Source of the DNA: an uncultured Candidatus Saccharibacteria bacterium
GTDB taxonomy: Bacteria; Patescibacteriota; Minisyncoccia; Phycocordibacterales; UBA9973
DNA: 64,000 nucleotides
Direction of reading: 5' to 3'
Assembly: GCA_964646765.1 (NCBI GenBank)
Contig: CAZYIA010000001.1
Coordinates: 274,105-338,104, forward strand
In this document: positions 28,561 through 38,370 of the stretch, piece after piece
How positions within the stretch are numbered: the stretch's first letter is position 1
Layout: each line of letters begins with the position of its first letter
Made by a program: the position numbers and the translations under genes
Notes under the pieces: generated by a model
Told to the model about the DNA's origin: nothing
Database searches by the model: none
The model's input: the letters and a program-made list of their open reading frames with translations, nothing else

Positions 28561-28598
28561 AATTCGAATGTAGCAGAGGGATGTGGTAGTGTCAAACT

Positions 28599-29345
28599 AT
28601 GGAGGGAAAATTTCTCTGGTATAAAAACTTAGGCGAAACACCACTCGAAGCACTTGAACGGGCTCGGAGAGAAAAAGGGATCCCCGATACTGTTCCAATG
28701 ACCTACGCCGGCCGTCTTGATCCTCTTGTTGAAGGCTTATTACTTATTTTGGTTGGCGAAGCATGCAAAACAAAAGATCAGTACAACAAGCTCGATAAAA
28801 CCTATGAGTTTAAAATTCTCTCTGGTATTAGCACTGATAGCTACGATCTGCTCGGTTTAATTACTGATACTGATTTTGGAACGAAACTTGAAATCGGGAG
28901 CGTGAAAAAATACTTAGAAGAAAATAAGAAAACCATAACCCAAAATTATCCGCCATATTCTTCTAAAACCTTTGAGGGCAAGCAACTTCATGCACATGCA
29001 CGCGAAGGCAACTTCCCTACCATGAACCACAAAGTAACCCTCTACGACTACGAATTTTTAGGTGAACGCTCTATTTCAAAAGACGAACTTTTAAAAACTA
29101 TTATCGAGCGAATTGATTTAGTTTCCGGCGACTTCCGCCAAGAAGAAATTAAAGAAAAGTGGAAAGAAGTTCTTGAATCTACTCAAGCTAACTTCCAAAT
29201 CACCTCTTGGCGCGCTCAGGTTTCAAGTGGATTCTATATCCGTCAGCTAGTAAAAGATATTGGCGAGCATTTCAAAATACAAACGGTTACTTTTTATATC
29301 AAAAGAACAGCAATTGGAAGCGAATTACTTCTCGATAAAAGCTAA
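28599..29345 (+). CDS. truB: tRNA pseudouridine synthase B-like
   Basis: YAGRLDPLVEGLL, PPYSSK, VSSGFYIRQL. Confidence 0.85.
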   Translation: MEGKFLWYKNLGETPLEALERARREKGIPDTVPMTYAGRLDPLVEGLLLILVGEACKTKDQYNKLDKTYEFKILSGISTDSYDLLGLITDTDFGTKLEIGSVKKYLEENKKTITQNYPPYSSKTFEGKQLHAHAREGNFPTMNHKVTLYDYEFLGERSISKDELLKTIIERIDLVSGDFRQEEIKEKWKEVLESTQANFQITSWRAQVSSGFYIRQLVKDIGEHFKIQTVTFYIKRTAIGSELLLDKS

Positions 29346-29819
29346 GAGGGCATCAAATATTCCCTGCTCGGTTTTTACCCAAGAATTTTGCTTGGCCTCT
29401 TCTACAGAAAGCCAAAGACCAAGTTCGTTTGTTTGCGCGCGTTGTGTGACTTTACCAGCATAAAAAAGCATGTAACTTGTTGGGCTTGGATACCGATAGT
29501 TTTCTGGCGTATTCGGAGTATGGGTTTTATTTATAGCGACAAGAGAAACAGCTTCTGGGGTAACACCAGTTTCTTCTACCAGTTCACGCGCAATTGCTTG
29601 TTCTGGAGTCTCTCCAAGCTCAATATGGCCTCCCGGAAGCTCAAAATCATGCGCATGATCATCTTCGCCGTGCGTAAACAAAATATGACCATCGCAATAA
29701 ATAAACCCATACACTGAAACACAAAGTTCTAGTGGTGGAAGTTCATTCGAAAGATACGCCTCCGCATAGCTTCCTGACGGAAGCCAAGTAGGGTTATCAA
29801 TCTTCTGCAGAAACTGCAT
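29325..29819 (-). CDS. NUDIX hydrolase
   Basis: Nudix box GGHIELGETPEQAIARELVEETG. Confidence 0.92.
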   Translation of the reverse strand: MQFLQKIDNPTWLPSGSYAEAYLSNELPPLELCVSVYGFIYCDGHILFTHGEDDHAHDFELPGGHIELGETPEQAIARELVEETGVTPEAVSLVAINKTHTPNTPENYRYPSPTSYMLFYAGKVTQRAQTNELGLWLSVEEAKQNSWVKTEQGIFDALLAFIEK

Positions 29820-29820
29820 A

Positions 29821-31281
29821 TTATTTTTCTTTCGGCTTCACGAGAGGAAACAGCTGTGTTTCGCGAATTGGTTTATCTACCATGAAGGCAAAGAGACGCT
29901 CACCGAAGCCGAAGCCACATGTTGGTGGCATGGCGTGTTCCAACATTTCAACGAACTCCCATTCTGGTTGCATTGCTTCTTCGTCGCCACTTTCAATAAG
30001 TTTTTGTTGGAGTTCAAAGCGAGCACGCTGATCAATTGGATCGTTTAGTTCAGAGAAACCATTTCCTACTTCTGATCCTGCGAGGAGAATTTGGAAACGC
30101 TCAACGGTTCCTGGGCGATCAACTGATTCTTTAGCAAGCGGCGAAACCAATTTTGGATGATGCACTAAAAAGGCTGGGCCAGCAATTTTCTTGCGGCAGT
30201 ACTTCCAAAGCGTATCGGTAAGACGCTCGCGGTTTGCACCTTCGTACTTAACTGAAAGCTCATCGAGCTTTTTCTTCATGTCTTCTTCGGTAGCTGTGAG
30301 AACATCAATACCGGTTTGCTTTTTGATTTCATCAACATACTCGACTACCGGCCACTCACCTGCCAAGTCGAACGTATGACCGCGAGTAGTGAACTCTGTT
30401 TTACCAAACACCTCTTTAGCGAGGTATTGATAAAGTTCTTGAGTGAGCTTCATGCCATCGTGATAATCAGCATAGCCCCAGTAAAATTCCATGTTGGTAA
30501 ATTCTTGAAGATGTTCAGGACTTGATCCTTCGTTGCGGTATGCGCGACCAATTTCAAATGTTTTTGGAAAACCGGCAGCCATCAAACGCTTCTGCCAAAG
30601 TTCACCAATGGAAATACGAAGATATACCGCGAGATCAAAATCTTTGTGGTGTGTTTTGAATGGATTTGCTTCAGCCCCGCCGGTAGTTACTTCAAGTGTC
30701 GGGGTTTCTACTTCAAGAAAGCCGTGCTTTAACATGAATTCGCGCGTCGCATCCCAAAAGCGGGCTTTCTTAGCGAACATCTCGCGCATTTCTGGATTAG
30801 TAACGAATGCGAGATAGCGCTTACGAAGCAGTTCTTCTTCGTCTTCGAGGCCATAGTATTCAGACGGAAGCGGGAGAAGTGACTTTGATGCCATTACCCA
30901 ACTTTTAGCCAAAATACTGTTCTGGCCTCGTTGTGTTACAAATACCGGACCGGTAACAGAAATGAAATCGCCTAAATCGGCAGTTTCGCCAAAGAGCGCA
31001 AAATTTTTTTCTTCCATATCATCTTTCTTAAAGACTACTTGGAATTTTGCTGTGCCGTCATCAAGGGTGGCAAACATAATAGCGCCTTGGCCACGGAGCG
31101 TGGTAATACGTCCGGCAACTGAAATTTCTTTTACACTATCAAGAAGCGACTGAAAATTAGCAGTAACTTCAGAAAGTGAAGTATCACGAGGAACGCGTGC
31201 TGGATAAGGGTTAATTCCCGCTTGTTTGAGTTTTTCGAGTTTCTCTATCCGAGCGGCACGGATTTCTTCAAGGGCTGCCAT
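29821..31281 (-). CDS. lysS: Lysine--tRNA ligase (class II)
   Basis: OB fold, GGAEANPF, YRNEG, ELNDPIDQ, GFGFGERL. Confidence 0.96.
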   Translation of the reverse strand: MAALEEIRAARIEKLEKLKQAGINPYPARVPRDTSLSEVTANFQSLLDSVKEISVAGRITTLRGQGAIMFATLDDGTAKFQVVFKKDDMEEKNFALFGETADLGDFISVTGPVFVTQRGQNSILAKSWVMASKSLLPLPSEYYGLEDEEELLRKRYLAFVTNPEMREMFAKKARFWDATREFMLKHGFLEVETPTLEVTTGGAEANPFKTHHKDFDLAVYLRISIGELWQKRLMAAGFPKTFEIGRAYRNEGSSPEHLQEFTNMEFYWGYADYHDGMKLTQELYQYLAKEVFGKTEFTTRGHTFDLAGEWPVVEYVDEIKKQTGIDVLTATEEDMKKKLDELSVKYEGANRERLTDTLWKYCRKKIAGPAFLVHHPKLVSPLAKESVDRPGTVERFQILLAGSEVGNGFSELNDPIDQRARFELQQKLIESGDEEAMQPEWEFVEMLEHAMPPTCGFGFGERLFAFMVDKPIRETQLFPLVKPKEK

Positions 31282-31335
31282 ATATAGCGGTGAGTATAGC
31301 AAAAAGCGCCTGTATTAGACAGGCGCTTTTGTGGG

Positions 31336-31797
31336 TTACTTAATGTCAGAGATAGTGTACTCTGTTTCTCCTTTTGGAGTCTTAATGACTGCGGTTTCTC
31401 CTTTTTTCTTACCCATCAAAGCTGCACCAATTGGTGAGTTGTTTGAAATCTTTCCAGCGGCCATGTCAGCCTCTTCGCCACCAACAATAGTGAAAACTCG
31501 TGATTCTTTGTCACCCTTTTTCTTAACGGTAACCACAGAACCAACTGAAACAGCAGCGGTTGAGTGCTTAGTAACAATGACAGAATTACGGAGGACTTCC
31601 TCAATTTTAGCAATACGCTCTTCAAGGCGAGCCTGCTCATCGCGGGCGTTATGATACTCAGCATTCTCAGAAAGGTCACCGAGAGATCGGGCAAACGAAA
31701 GAGCGTCCAGGACTTCCTGGCGCTTTGGACCCTTCAATTCTGCTAACTCTGCCTCGAGATCTTTCTTCTTATCAGGCGAAATATATGTGTCACTCAT
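31336..31797 (-). CDS. greA: Transcription elongation factor GreA
   Basis: GDLSENAEY, ISNNSPIGAAL; terminator at 31301-31330. Confidence 0.97.
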   Translation of the reverse strand: MSDTYISPDKKKDLEAELAELKGPKRQEVLDALSFARSLGDLSENAEYHNARDEQARLEERIAKIEEVLRNSVIVTKHSTAAVSVGSVVTVKKKGDKESRVFTIVGGEEADMAAGKISNNSPIGAALMGKKKGETAVIKTPKGETEYTISDIK

Positions 31798-31838
31798 GAG
31801 CCCTGTAGTTTACCATAAAATTGTAAAATGGCAATATT

Positions 31839-32825
31839 TTACGACTTTCGAAGCCACTTTCGTAGTTTAAACATGAGACCATAAAATAAATATAAAGTTG
31901 GATAGACCACAAGGTCGAAACTCCCCGGTAAAGCCACAATAGAGCCACCATAGCCCTTTTTAAAGCTTGAAAACCCAGCCCAGGAGGCTTCGCCTACTAA
32001 TGTCTCTGGAAGCGTACCCCAAAGGTCGATGGTAGCCGCCCCTCTCTCTTTAGCTTTCTCGATAATCTTAAACAAGAGAAAATTTTTCGCCTTTACCTCT
32101 TTGTGGAGCATGCTCGTACCGCTATAGGGCGTATACCAAGTATCCTTCCAGCAAAAAACTTCATACGCGGCAAGAATATCACCTTGGTATGTGGCAGTGA
32201 AAATTTTTGCCATACCTTTTGGAGCGAGATTTTTCCAAATAGTTTCGTGATATGCGCGAGTATGGCCACCATAGTTTTTTCGTTCCGCAGTACTGAAGAA
32301 AAGGTTAGCGAAGTGAGCGAAGCCTTCGTCGTTTACATATTCATCTACTGTCACCCCAGCGCGTTCGGCAAGCCCAACGTTGTAGCGAGTTTTCTTTTCT
32401 AGTCCCGCGCGAAGTTCTTCAATTGTTTTGCCAGCGAGTGAAATGAGTCGTGTGTGGGAATAAAAATTAGGGTGAGAAGAAACTTTCAACATTGAAGGAA
32501 TCTGCGCAGCGCCTACATGCGGCTCAAATTTTATGAAAAGAATTCGATGCGCTCGAGCATAGGATTTTAGAAAGTTGAGCACGGTTTCGTTCGGTGCATC
32601 GCACTGGGGAACGTAACCAATTGAAAAACCAAGTGGGAGCGCATGAAGTGTTACCTGAAAAACCTGAGTGAGCTTCTCGTTTGAAAACACACCAACGCGA
32701 ATGACTCGAAGTCCGTGGGCTTGGCGTGCCTCTCCCCAAGCAAAAGATTGGAGAGGGTGCGGTGCAAAAGCGTCCCATTCAGCCTCTCCAATTGTTTCAA
32801 GAATTTTTACTGTGTTATCTGACAT
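31839..32825 (-). CDS. FemABX-family peptidoglycan bridge aminoacyltransferase
   Basis: HPLQSFAWG, KTRYNV, GFSSFKKGYGG. Confidence 0.88.
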   Translation of the reverse strand: MSDNTVKILETIGEAEWDAFAPHPLQSFAWGEARQAHGLRVIRVGVFSNEKLTQVFQVTLHALPLGFSIGYVPQCDAPNETVLNFLKSYARAHRILFIKFEPHVGAAQIPSMLKVSSHPNFYSHTRLISLAGKTIEELRAGLEKKTRYNVGLAERAGVTVDEYVNDEGFAHFANLFFSTAERKNYGGHTRAYHETIWKNLAPKGMAKIFTATYQGDILAAYEVFCWKDTWYTPYSGTSMLHKEVKAKNFLLFKIIEKAKERGAATIDLWGTLPETLVGEASWAGFSSFKKGYGGSIVALPGSFDLVVYPTLYLFYGLMFKLRKWLRKS

Positions 32826-32826
32826 A

Positions 32827-34521
32827 TTATCGAACATATTCTGGTGTTTTTTGGTACATCTCAAGAAGTGCATCGTGACCGACACTTCGCACAGTTGCTT
32901 CAGCATCTGATGGACCTCTCTCAAGCATAATAACAAATGCGTAGCGTGGAGCCTCATATGGGAAGAAACCAATCATCCAGGAGTTAACGCGATTATACTT
33001 ACCCGCAACCTGCACTTCAGCGGTACCGGTTTTAACTGCAACTTTGAACGGTAATGTTCCCATAGTAGCAGCAGTACCACTCTCTGCTACGAGCCGCATA
33101 CCTTCACGAATAACTGGAAGATAGGTATTTGGAATTGGTAATGGCGTTGTTGGTGCGGGACTCTCTTTTCGAATATGTGGTGTTACGAGTGTGCCGTTGT
33201 TCGCAATGGAAGCAACCGCGCGCAGCATTTCAATTGGGGTAACCTGAAAGCTATACTGACCAATCGCTGTGTTGTAGGTATCACCAATACGCCATGGTTC
33301 TTTTGGAAATACTTTTGCTTTCCAAGTTGGAGTAGGAATGTTTCCAGTTTTTTCACCATCAAGATCAATACCGGTTTTTTCAGCAATACCAAATTTGTGC
33401 AAATATTCTGCTGCTTTTTCGATACCAATTCCCTTTTGATTCTGGTATCCACCAATAACATTAAAGAAATAAATGTTTGAGGAAACTCTCAAAGCATTTC
33501 GTATATCAAGCCAGCCATTGTTAGGGTGGTAGTCACGGAAAATGGAAGGCTGTGATGGATTAAACGGATTTGGAATAGTAATTTGCGTATTCGAAAGAAT
33601 TTTGGTTTCTGGAGTTACTACACCTTCAGTTAAGGCGGCTGTTGCCATAAATGGCTTCACAATAGATCCAGGGGCATAGAGACCTGAAATTGCCCGGTTC
33701 ACGAACACACTTCGAGTATCTTTAAAATAGTGTGAAATAGTTTGTGAGTCCGTCCCTTCTGAAAGAACCGAGGAATCGTACTCAGGATAACTGGTGAGGG
33801 CGATAAGTTCGCCATTAGTAATATCCATCATAGCGGCCGCACCGCCTGAGTAACCGCCAGCATCAGCAACTTTTTGAAGACGATCAAAGAGCGCTGATTG
33901 CACTCGAGCGTCAATAGTGAGATCAATATTTTTCCCGGGAACTGGTTCGGCAATGAGGTTTTCATTGTATATCTGGCCACGAGCGTCACGTTCAATGAGC
34001 CGGCTGCCATTCGCTCCGGAAAGTTCTGTCTCAGCCAACTTTTCTACTGACGCCTTACCAATAAATTCGCTCTGCCAATAATTTCCTTGATTATCTTTTG
34101 CCGGATAACTTACATAGCCAAGCAAATGAGAAAACCCTGGTGTTTTGTACATGCGACGAGAAAAAGGTTCACCTTCCCGAGCCGGCGCATTCCATGCTAA
34201 CTTTTCACCGGTACGATCATAAATAATACCTCTCTCAGCAAAAATCGGCTCTTCAGCGAGACTATTGTTTTCACTCTCCTTTAAAAACTCGTCACCATGA
34301 ACCAACGAAAGTCCGCCAGCCCTAAATCCGTAAATACAAAGTACCACTATAAAAAAAATACCAATAAACGTAATTATATTCTTGGGAATTGGCTTCTCGA
34401 TGCGGCCTTCAAATTGTTGGGTATCAAACTGTGGAATATTCTTGGCATCAAGAAAAATCTCGTCGGGGGCAACGTCGTCAAATGATCGTTTGTGTTTGCG
34501 AAAAAATCTATTCCAAAACAT
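32827..34521 (-). CDS. mrdA: Penicillin-binding protein 2
   Basis: SIVK, SSN and KTG motifs; NRAISGLYAPGS. Confidence 0.85.
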   Translation of the reverse strand: MFWNRFFRKHKRSFDDVAPDEIFLDAKNIPQFDTQQFEGRIEKPIPKNIITFIGIFFIVVLCIYGFRAGGLSLVHGDEFLKESENNSLAEEPIFAERGIIYDRTGEKLAWNAPAREGEPFSRRMYKTPGFSHLLGYVSYPAKDNQGNYWQSEFIGKASVEKLAETELSGANGSRLIERDARGQIYNENLIAEPVPGKNIDLTIDARVQSALFDRLQKVADAGGYSGGAAAMMDITNGELIALTSYPEYDSSVLSEGTDSQTISHYFKDTRSVFVNRAISGLYAPGSIVKPFMATAALTEGVVTPETKILSNTQITIPNPFNPSQPSIFRDYHPNNGWLDIRNALRVSSNIYFFNVIGGYQNQKGIGIEKAAEYLHKFGIAEKTGIDLDGEKTGNIPTPTWKAKVFPKEPWRIGDTYNTAIGQYSFQVTPIEMLRAVASIANNGTLVTPHIRKESPAPTTPLPIPNTYLPVIREGMRLVAESGTAATMGTLPFKVAVKTGTAEVQVAGKYNRVNSWMIGFFPYEAPRYAFVIMLERGPSDAEATVRSVGHDALLEMYQKTPEYVR

Positions 34522-34792
34522 GAGTAGCAAGTTGTGAGCGAATATAGGCAAATAAAAGGAAACATACGGCTCCGCCTAAAAAAAGAACGCCGGGATATTG
34601 GAAAAAAGATACTCGAGCAACCCCAAATAAGCAGTCGAGGATAGCAAGAATTACAAGTGTGCCAATACGAAGTCGAGGGTTCCAAAGTCCGTAGAGCGCC
34701 AAAAAAACTGTCACGTACCAGGGTGTGGTAAGCGAGAGAATAAAGAGTATTAAGAGAAACAGTATGGGAACAACAGGATTTTGGGCGGACAT
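34508..34792 (-). CDS. Small membrane protein
   Basis: 94-aa hydrophobic ORF coupled to mrdA. Confidence 0.65.
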   Translation of the reverse strand: MSAQNPVVPILFLLILFILSLTTPWYVTVFLALYGLWNPRLRIGTLVILAILDCLFGVARVSFFQYPGVLFLGGAVCFLLFAYIRSQLATHVLE

Positions 34793-34793
34793 A

Positions 34794-35651
34794 TTAACCG
34801 GTAATCTTATTAATCAAAGCTCGTGTTCCTATAATCACGAGAAGAATAAGAATACCATAAAATACGATTTGATTACCGAGAATAAATGCCAACGCTGTTC
34901 CAAGGAAAAGTTTTACATAGGTAAACGGAGAGAAGTTTGAATCAACGGTTTTTTCTTCTTTCCCTCCGAGAGTTTTTGTAGTGGTAGCAGTTTGGGTGGT
35001 GTGAGTGTCTATCGTTTGCTTTGCTTCCATCTTTAGCGTGGTAGCTTTTTGGGCACTTGATTCTCGAAATGCATCAAATGAAGCAGCAAAATCTATCACT
35101 GGTTTTGGTACGACATCGAGCACTTTATTTTCTAAAGTATCAACAACTGCTAGCTGTTTTCCTTCTGGTGTAGCGTCATTTATTTCGCGTTCTGGGGCAA
35201 AAACAATTTTTCGTACTACGGTTTCCTTTACGGGATTAGTACTAACACTCGCAAGAGTTATCGCTTTTGGTCCAGAACCAAGTTTTCCTGAAAATTCCGC
35301 AGAAATTCGATGATCACCTGCCGTTACCTTCCAATAGGTTGTCGCAATATGTACTCCTTTAGCTGGAATAGAAACCGATGTTTTTCCAAGTAAAGTTTCG
35401 CTGTCATAAAAAGAAACGGTGCCCGAAAGGGTCGCGTCACCGCTATTTACTAGAGCAGTAGAAATAACTACGGTTATTCCCTCTTTCAGCTCTTCGGAAA
35501 ACCATACCGGCGAATCAATAAACTGAGCGGGACCAGTTTCTGCAAAAAGTCGGCCTGGAGCTACTAAAAGAAAGCTCAGGGCAAGGCTAGCGAAGAGTAA
35601 AGGTAGCGCGAACCGTAACCATAACTTCTTTATCAACTTGTGTTGTGTCAT
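34794..35651 (-). CDS. Exported Ig-like (CARDB-type) protein with C-terminal TM anchor
   Basis: Signal peptide, beta-rich domain (WKVTAGDHRISA), C-terminal TM; start overlaps the SIMPL gene. Confidence 0.7.
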   Translation of the reverse strand: MTQHKLIKKLWLRFALPLLFASLALSFLLVAPGRLFAETGPAQFIDSPVWFSEELKEGITVVISTALVNSGDATLSGTVSFYDSETLLGKTSVSIPAKGVHIATTYWKVTAGDHRISAEFSGKLGSGPKAITLASVSTNPVKETVVRKIVFAPEREINDATPEGKQLAVVDTLENKVLDVVPKPVIDFAASFDAFRESSAQKATTLKMEAKQTIDTHTTQTATTTKTLGGKEEKTVDSNFSPFTYVKLFLGTALAFILGNQIVFYGILILLVIIGTRALINKITG

Positions 35652-36363
35652 ATGTACCATAATCAGAGATATCAACGGAGTGTGGTGAGAGCACCTGTAC
35701 TACACCGGAGGAAGCACTCGTTAGTGTGCCAACATTTCTGCCTCCTGCGTTAGCAATTTTTTCAGCGCGGGCTTTTGCGTCCTGCATTGCTTGTTCAAGA
35801 AGCTTTACTCGAATATCTGGAAGTGCAGAGTAATAGTATTCAAGAGATTGTGTAGCAACCAAAAGTCCTTTTCCAGCCAGATCAGAAATACCCTTAGAGA
35901 GTTCAGTGATTTTAGCAACATCATTAGAACTTACCTCTATGCTTTGCCGGAGAGTATAGCTTCGTGGTAACCCAGAATTCTGCATATCATAATTTTGATC
36001 CATATACACAGGCGAAATAACAACTGAAGTGTCAGGAATAGCCTGATCGTGTAAGTATGTCTGCACTGTTTTCAAATCAGCATCAAGCATTGGGTATGCT
36101 GATTTTAAAGTTGCAGCAGTCGTCTCACGAGTAATTTGAAATGTCCATTTCGCAGTGTCAGAAGTAACAGCTTGGCGCGCAGACCCAGTTACTGAGAGTG
36201 ATTGATCAAGAGAGCGAATGCGGTAGAAAGCATAGCCCGCGACAATTGATGCAATAATGAGCGACGCGCCCATAATTGCCGGGATAATGTAAGCGTTTGG
36301 AGCAAAGCTAATGCGCTTTTCCTTAACAAAGGTTCCCTCTTGAGACAATTCTTTTCCTTCCAT
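35587..36363 (-). CDS. SIMPL (DUF541) domain protein
   Basis: SVTGSA, AMQDAKARAEKIA, V.VTVRATF. Confidence 0.88.
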   Translation of the reverse strand: MEGKELSQEGTFVKEKRISFAPNAYIIPAIMGASLIIASIVAGYAFYRIRSLDQSLSVTGSARQAVTSDTAKWTFQITRETTAATLKSAYPMLDADLKTVQTYLHDQAIPDTSVVISPVYMDQNYDMQNSGLPRSYTLRQSIEVSSNDVAKITELSKGISDLAGKGLLVATQSLEYYYSALPDIRVKLLEQAMQDAKARAEKIANAGGRNVGTLTSASSGVVQVLSPHSVDISDYGTYDTTQVDKEVMVTVRATFTLR

Positions 36364-36413
36364 ATAAAGAAGTATAGCCTACTCTTACCTAAGGGCAAAA
36401 TCTGCAGTACTCT

Positions 36414-37886
36414 CTACTTTTCCAGATCAAACGTTTCATCAATGCGAATCTGCTCCACAAATTCTGGAACGTGCGACACAAGAATCATTGCTCCTTTATA
36501 TTCATGGAGCGCTTTGGCGATAATTGGTAAGTGTCGGAAATTTATATGGTTCGTTGGCTCGTCTAAAATAAGAAGGCCTGGCTTTTGTAACACCAAACGA
36601 GCGAAGGCGACCAGTCCTTTCTGACCTTCAGATAGGTTTCCAATTTTTGTACGAATCATTTCTCCAGTAATTAAAAAACCGGCAGCAGTACTTCGCATAA
36701 ACTCTTCGTTAAGCTTCGTTTTTGATTCTTCCATTGCCTTGGCGAGAGATTGGTATACGGTATCGTCAAAATTGAGCGTAGAAAAATCTTGGCGGTAGTA
36801 GCCAACGCGGACACCTTTTTGAATCGTTGCTCCCGGTGCTTCGCCGGTAGCCAAAGTTTCAAGGAGTGTACTCTTCCCTATACCATTTGGGCCTTTTAAC
36901 AGAAGATGCTGATGTTTACCAAGAGAAATATTGGCACTCTTTTTTACAATTTTGTGATTTTTCAAAACGGTCAGAGATTTTATGGAAAGAATTTCTCCCA
37001 TGATGTCTTCCTGTACTGGAATGGTAAACGGTTTAATGGTTTTATCCTCTTTCCGAACATCTACCATTTCTTCTTCGAGCTCTTCAGCTTTTTCGCGCAT
37101 GCGTTTTGCCACTAAACGCATTTGGCCCCCTTTGTAAGCAAACTGATTGGCTTTTTCTTTCTTTGCCTGAATTTGCTTTGCCAGCTGAGCATTCTTCATA
37201 TTTTCTTTTTCTACTCGAGCGGTAATATCCTTCACCACGTTGTAGTAGTTTCCAACATAGTTTTCTATTTTTCGAGTATACACATCAAGATAGAGCACAC
37301 CTTCAGTAAAGGCATTCAGAAACGCAGCATCATGAGAAATAACTACCACTGTTTTTTTGTAATCGATCAAAAATTTAGTTAAGTGCTCAATTCCCGCCTT
37401 ATCGAGGTTGTTGGTTGGTTCATCTAAAAGCAGCAGATCTGGTTTTTGAATAAGTGCCTGAGCAAGGAGTAATCTAGCCTGCTGGCCACCAGAAAACGTA
37501 CGGATGATTCGGTCGTGCACTTTTTCGTGACCAACAAGATGTACTACTTCCAATACGTCATCAATCATCGGATCAATAGCGTGAATCTTTTTGGGGAAGC
37601 AACTTTGAAAAAATTCCCGTACCGTCATATCGAGCTCGTTTCGCGGAATAACCTGCCGAGCTGTGGCAATACTTATTCCTTCTACGACGAGTACCCGGCC
37701 GCTCTCGGGAGCGAGCTTTTTCATAATAAGATTGAAAATAGTGCTCTTACCGGCACCATTCTGACCCATGAGGGTTAACTTTGCCCCCTCACGTATAAGA
37801 AAGCTCACCTCATCTAAAATTGGTTTTTGGGCGTTATACTCGTAACTTACCTCTTCGAACCGAACAATAGCCTCTCCTTTTGACAT
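36414..37886 (-). CDS. ABC-F family ATPase
   Basis: Two ABC domains (GQNGAGKS, GPNGIGKS, LDEPTN), no TM segments. Confidence 0.92.
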   Translation of the reverse strand: MSKGEAIVRFEEVSYEYNAQKPILDEVSFLIREGAKLTLMGQNGAGKSTIFNLIMKKLAPESGRVLVVEGISIATARQVIPRNELDMTVREFFQSCFPKKIHAIDPMIDDVLEVVHLVGHEKVHDRIIRTFSGGQQARLLLAQALIQKPDLLLLDEPTNNLDKAGIEHLTKFLIDYKKTVVVISHDAAFLNAFTEGVLYLDVYTRKIENYVGNYYNVVKDITARVEKENMKNAQLAKQIQAKKEKANQFAYKGGQMRLVAKRMREKAEELEEEMVDVRKEDKTIKPFTIPVQEDIMGEILSIKSLTVLKNHKIVKKSANISLGKHQHLLLKGPNGIGKSTLLETLATGEAPGATIQKGVRVGYYRQDFSTLNFDDTVYQSLAKAMEESKTKLNEEFMRSTAAGFLITGEMIRTKIGNLSEGQKGLVAFARLVLQKPGLLILDEPTNHINFRHLPIIAKALHEYKGAMILVSHVPEFVEQIRIDETFDLEK

Positions 37887-37977
37887 GGGTTAGAGAGTAC
37901 TTCATTTGAAGAGAAATAGAAAGGAGGTGTGTCGAAATGATATACTCCCTTTACCATTACTAGGATAAATATGGAGT

Positions 37978-38115
37978 ATGGAGGAAAACGAACAGAAAGA
38001 GCAAAAATGCCCTGAATGTGACGTTATGTCGGTTGATGGAGTCTGCCCGTCTTGTAAAATGACGACAGATGATATGGATGACTATGACGAACGTGACCGA
38101 CGTGAACGACGATAA
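37978..38115 (+). CDS. 45-aa zinc-ribbon small protein
   Basis: MEENEQKEQKCPECDVMSVDGVCPSCKMTTDDMDDYDERDRRERR; terminator directly after. Confidence 0.7.
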   Translation: MEENEQKEQKCPECDVMSVDGVCPSCKMTTDDMDDYDERDRRERR

Positions 38116-38119
38116 CACC

Positions 38120-38147
38120 CAAAACCCCGGTTTAAACCGGGGTTTTG
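38120..38147. terminator. Bidirectional terminator
   Basis: caaaaccccggttt-aaaccggggttttg. Confidence 0.8.
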
Positions 38148-38155
38148 TTTACACT

Positions 38156-38275
38156 CTAAATAGAGTCTTCAATAACACCTTTGACGACAATACTGTCACC
38201 TGCGATATCAAAGGCGATATCTTCTCGAAGAGAACCTCTAGGTTCTCGTTCATTATCTTGAGAATGCATAGCCAT
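38156..38275 (-). CDS. Possible 39-aa acidic small protein
   Basis: MAMHSQDNEREPRGSLREDIAFDIAGDSIVVKGVIEDSI; converges on the terminator. Confidence 0.4.
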   Translation of the reverse strand: MAMHSQDNEREPRGSLREDIAFDIAGDSIVVKGVIEDSI

Positions 38276-38370
38276 AATGTAATTTTGAAATAACCAATAA
38301 AATACTCCCTGGCCAGCGGGGCCGGAGCCTATATCGTAACGAGACCACTACAATACTGTGACGGGAGATT

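Noticed and set aside
38069-38293. 74-aa + strand ORF in the track
   Set aside because: Runs through a terminator; the zinc-ribbon frame at 37978 explains the region better
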